NCBI GenBank assembly: GCA_951406725.2
Contig: OX597818.1
Coordinates: 3,844,001 to 3,908,000, forward strand
Origin: Octopus vulgaris
Taxonomy: Eukaryota
Direction: 5' to 3'
DNA: 64,000 nucleotides
Below, piece by piece: positions 59,601 through 64,000 of the stretch (within the stretch, counting starts at the first letter, position 1; each line of letters starts with the position of its first letter). The notes beneath the pieces were generated by a model. That model had not been told where the DNA came from, did not search any database, and saw only the letters and a list, made by a program, of their open reading frames with translations. A program made the position numbers and the translations under genes.

Positions 59601-61817
59601 CATCATCATCATCATCATCATTTAGCGTCCGTTTTCCATGCTAGCATGGGTTGGACGGTTCTACTGGGGTCTGTGAAGCCAGAAGGCTTCATCAGGCCCA
59701 GTCAAATCTGACAGTGTTTCTACGGCTGGATGCCCTTCCTAACGCCAACCACTCCGTGAGTGTAGTGGGTGCTTTTTACGTGCCACCCGCACTGGTGCCA
59801 GACAGAGCTGGCAAACGGCCACGAACGGATGGTGCTTTTTATGTGCCACCGGCACAAGGGCCAGGCGAGGCTGGCAACGGACACGAAACGGGGCGGTGCT
59901 GGCAACGGTCGCGAAACGGAAAGTTCTCTTACATGCCACCGGCACTGGTAACACATCTGCAATTTCCATTGATCGATTTCCATTGATCGATTTCGATTCT
60001 GATCGTCACTTGCCTCAACGGGTCTTCACAAGCAGAGTTTTGACATGCCACCGGCACTGGTAGCACATCCGCAATTTCCATTGATCGATTTCGATTCTGA
60101 TCCTCACTTGCCTCATCACGTCTTCACAAGTAGAGTTTTGTGTCCCAAGAAGGGAAGGTATGCATACGTAGGCTGGCTCCATCCCATGTAGAAGGCCACG
60201 GGTTATGGACTCACTTGTCCTGCCGGGTCTTCTCGCGCACAGCACACTTCCAGAGGTCTCGGTCTCTAGTCATTTCCTCAGTGAGACCTAAAGTTCGAAG
60301 GTCGTGCTTCACCACCTCGTCCCAGGTTTTCCTGGGTCTGCCTCTTCCACAGGTTCCCTCAACCGCTAGGGTGTGGCACTTTTTCACACAACTATCTTCA
60401 TCCATTCTCGCCACAAGACCATACCAGCGCAAACGTCTCTCTTGCACACCACAACTGATGCTTCTTAGGTCCAGCTTTTCTCTCAAGGTACTTACACTCT
60501 GCCGAGTGTGAGTACCGGCATTACACATCCATCGGAGCATACTGGCTTCATTTCTAGCGAGCTTACGCATATCCTCAGCAGTCACGGCCCATGTTTCACT
60601 GCCATGTAGCATGGCTGTTCGTACACACGCATCATACAGTCTGCCTTTCACTCTGTGCGAGAGGCCTTTTGTCACCAGCAGAGGTAAGAGCTCTCTGAAC
60701 TTTGCCCAAGCTATTCTTACTCTAGCAGTTACACTTTCAGCACACCCGCCCCCGCTGCTGACCTGGTCACCTAGGTAACGGAAACTATCAACTATTTCTA
60801 GTTTTTCTCCCTGGAAAGTGACGGAAGTTGGTCTCAGAGCATTTTCAGTGTTTATTGTTCCTGAGCATCTGCCACATACAAAAACCATCTTCCTAGTTAG
60901 CCTTCCTTTGACATTGCTGCATCTCTTATGTGTCCATAGCTTACACTTGGTGCATCTTATAGAGTTTCTACCTACACCTTTTCTACAGATCGAGCAGGGC
61001 CATCTACCTGAAGGTGTTTGTGATTTGTCTACCTTCCTACTGATTACGACTTTGATTTTAGCTAGATTGACTCTGAGGCCCTTCGATTCTAATCCTTGTT
61101 TCCACACCTGAAACTTCTCCTCCAGTTCTGATAGCGACTCAGCAATTAGAGCAAGGTCATCAGCATAGAGGAGCTCCCAAGGGCATCCTGTCTTGAATTC
61201 CTCCGTTATTGCCTGGAGGACTATGATAAATAGGAGGGGGCTGAGTACTGAGCCTTGGTGGACTCCTACCTCTACCCGGAATTCTTCACTGTACACATTT
61301 CCAACCCTCACCCTACTAGCGGCATCCCTGTACATGGCCCGCACAGCTCTCACTAACCATTCATCTATCCCTAGTTTCCTCATTGCCCACCAGATAAGGG
61401 ATCGGGGGACCCTGTCGAAGGCTTTCTCCATGTCAACAAAAGCCAGGTACAGGGGCTTATCTTTGGCTAGGTATTTCTCCTGCAGCTGCCTTACCAGGAA
61501 TATAGCATCAGTAGTACTTTTCCCCTGGCACAAACCCAAACTGCATCTCATCTAAACTAACTCTCTCTCTAATTAGTTGGGCTATGACCCTCTCCGTAAC
61601 CTTCATCACCTGGTCCAACAGCTTGATACCTCTGTAGTTATTTGTATCTAGGGCATCACCTTTACCTTTGTAGCAGTTGACTATTATACTGCTACACCAG
61701 TCATTGGGTATGACCCCTTTGTGTATCACCTGATTAACTATACGGGTGACTAGGCTATAGCCGACACTACCAGACATTTTGAGCATCTCTGCAGTGATTC
61801 CTGATGGGCCTGGGGCA

Positions 61818-61818
<1 letters not shown>
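59601..61818 (-). mobile_element. RTE-clade LINE, 5'-truncated, with RT, internal PHD-like finger, long 3' UTR and (GAT)n tail
   Basis: APGPSG, NYRGIKLL, FVDMEKAFDRVP, GVHQGSVLSP, LLYADD, FRYLG, HGSETW, RLRWYG, RGRPRKTW. 3' motif ggatgcccttcctaacgcc; ~100-bp tandem duplication in the UTR (59933-60140). Confidence 0.95.
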
Positions 61819-61860
<42 letters not shown>

Positions 61861-61879
61861 TATATACACATATATGTAT

Positions 61880-62160
61880 ATATTCAAATTTTACACATGT
61901 CTTACTTAGGGTCCATGCAGTTTCATGGAGCCCGAAACAGAATTTCAACTTCTTGCACATTAGGTAAGCCTTGAGCAATCTCTTATCTCTTAAATTATTT
62001 CAGTATTACATGTCAAAACTGAAACAATAACATCTCTATTGTTATGAGATAATACTTTCAGTTTTAATAAGTTTCACTATTAATACTTTCACTTTCTATA
62101 TATAATACTTTCATTTCTATTGCTTTCTACTATATATTTATATACATGTTTGTATATAAT

Positions 62161-62193
<33 letters not shown>

Positions 62194-62209
62194 CACACGC
62201 AAATATATC

Positions 62210-62249
<40 letters not shown>

Positions 62250-62625
62250 TATATTTGCGTGTGTATATATATATATATATGTATATTATATACAAACATG
62301 TATATAAATATATAGTGAAAGCAATAGAAATGAAAGTATTATATATAGAAAGTGAAAGTATTAATAGTGAAACTTATTAAAACTGAAAGTATTATCTCAC
62401 ATAACAATAGAGATGTTATTGTTTCAGTTTTGACATGTAATACTGAAATAATTTAAGATATAAGAGATTGCTCCAGGCTCACCTAATGCAAGAAGTTGAA
62501 ATTTGTTTTGGGCCCATGAAACTGCATGGACCCTAAGTAAGTCATGTGTAAAATTTGAATGTAATCGATTGGGTAGTTCTTGAGTTTTAGTGATGTACAC
62601 ATACGGACCCACAGACAGACAGATA
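61880..62625. repeat. ~340-bp-arm palindrome of Helitron-like repeat pieces centred on (TA)n at ~62228
   Basis: 61882-62210 is the reverse complement of 62247-62560. The right arm continues into a gtct-microsatellite head. Confidence 0.85.
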
Positions 62626-62629
62626 CACA

Positions 62630-64000
62630 TTCTCCAAATCCCTTCAGGTAGATGGCTCTGCCCAATCTGTAGTAGAGGCATAGGTAGAAACTCTATAAGA
62701 TGTACCCAGTGTAAGCTATGGACACATAAGAGGTGCAGTAATATCAAAGGAAGGCTAACTGGGAAGATAGTGTTTGTATGTGGCAGATGCTCGGGAGCAA
62801 TAAACACTGAAAATGCACATAGAACAACTTCCGACACATTCCAGGGAGAAAAACTATAAGTAGTTGATAGTTTCTCTTACCTAGGTGACCAAGTCAGTAG
62901 CAGGGGAGGGTGTGCTGAAAGTGTAGCTGCTAGAATAAGAATAGATTGGGCAAAGTTCAGAGAGCTCTTACCTCTGCTGGTGACAAAGGGCCTCTCGCTC
63001 AGAGTAAAAGGTAGACTGTGTGACACGTGTACGAACAGCCATGCTACATGGCAGTGAAACATGGGCTGTGACTGCTGAGGACATGCATAATCTCGTAAGG
63101 AATGTAGCCAGTATGATCCGATGGATGTGTAATATCAGTGTGCATACTCGACAGAGTGTAAGTACCCTGAGAGAAAAGTTGGACCTTAGAAGCATCAGAT
63201 GTGGTGTGCAAGAGAGACGACTGCACTGGTATGGTCATGTAGTGCGAAGGGATGAGGATAGCTGTGAAAAAGTGCCACACCCTAGTGATTGAGGGAACCT
63301 GTGGAAGAGGTAGACCCAGGAAGACCTGGGATGAAGTGGTGAAGCATGACCTTCGAACTTTAGGCCTCACCAAGGAAATGACCAGTGACCAAGACTTTTG
63401 GAAATATGCTGTGCTTGAGAAGACCCGGCAAGCCAAATGAGAACATAACCTCGTGGCCTATGCCAGGGGCATAACCAGCCCACTTATGCATACCTTTTCC
63501 TTCTTTAGACACTAAACTCTGCTTGCGAAGACCTGTTGAAGCAAGTGAAATCAAAATCAAATTCGATGACTGGCATCAGTGCTAGCGGGGTGCAAAAAGT
63601 ACCATACGAGTGTGATCGTTGACAAAGCAGCTAACCGGCTTCCATGCCAGTGGCACATAAAAGGGACCATTCGAGTGTGATCATTACCAGTGACGCCTTA
63701 CTGGCACTTGTGCCCATGCTAGTAGGGTGCTAAGAGCACCATCCAAGCATGATCGTTGCCAGAGCTGCTAACTGGCTTCCGTGCCAGTGGCATGTAAAAG
63801 GCACCATTCGAGCGTGATCGTTACCAGCGTTGCCTTACTGGCACCTGTGCCGGTGGCATGTGAAAAAACATTTGAGCGAAGTCGTTGCCAGTACCTGGCT
63901 CCCATGCCGGTGGCACGTAACAGCACCCACTACACTCTCGGAGTGGTTGGCGTTAGGAAGGGCATCCAGCTGTAGAAACTCTGCCAGATCAAGACTTGAG
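62630..64000 (+). mobile_element. Second RTE copy, diverged, running off the window end
   Basis: IPSGRWLCPICSRGIGRNSIRCTQCKLWTHKRC, HGSETW, RGRPRKTW; 3' UTR with tgcc(a/g)gtggca repeats and ggcgttaggaagggcatcc. Confidence 0.92.

Noticed and set aside
63560-63930. CRISPR-like spaced repeats (tgccagtggca / gtgatcgtt)
   Set aside because: Degenerate internal repeats of the RTE 3' UTR with related spacers; eukaryotic context and no cas genes.

Overview
AT-rich, microsatellite-dense animal DNA whose repeat content (R4/Dong, RTE, CR1-like, L1/Tx1 and Penelope retroelements, tRNA-derived SINEs, TATG/TA/TAA/GAT tracts) suggests an octopus-like cephalopod genome; this is an inference. One host gene is visible on the + strand: five phase-compatible exons (19845-19904, 20037-20094, 26619-26815, 27084-27110, 49660 to about 50514) encoding an Ig domain resembling the second Ig domain of FAM187, a transmembrane segment and a poly-Gly tail. 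Most other sequence is intronic or intergenic TE debris. Notable structures: a near-complete Tx1-type L1 with a ~21-bp TSD inserted just upstream of the transposase ATG of a Tc1-like transposon; two oppositely oriented clusters of R4/Dong LINEs; a ~4.5-kb inverted duplication of the last exon ending at an N-gap (probably a fold-back artefact); a Penelope RT-GIY-YIG element still legible through kilobases of TA-like noise; RTE elements with a PHD-like finger inside the RT; and an RTE tip with three C2H2 fingers. No prokaryotic-type system (CRISPR etc.) is present, and most long ORFs in the track are microsatellite artefacts.
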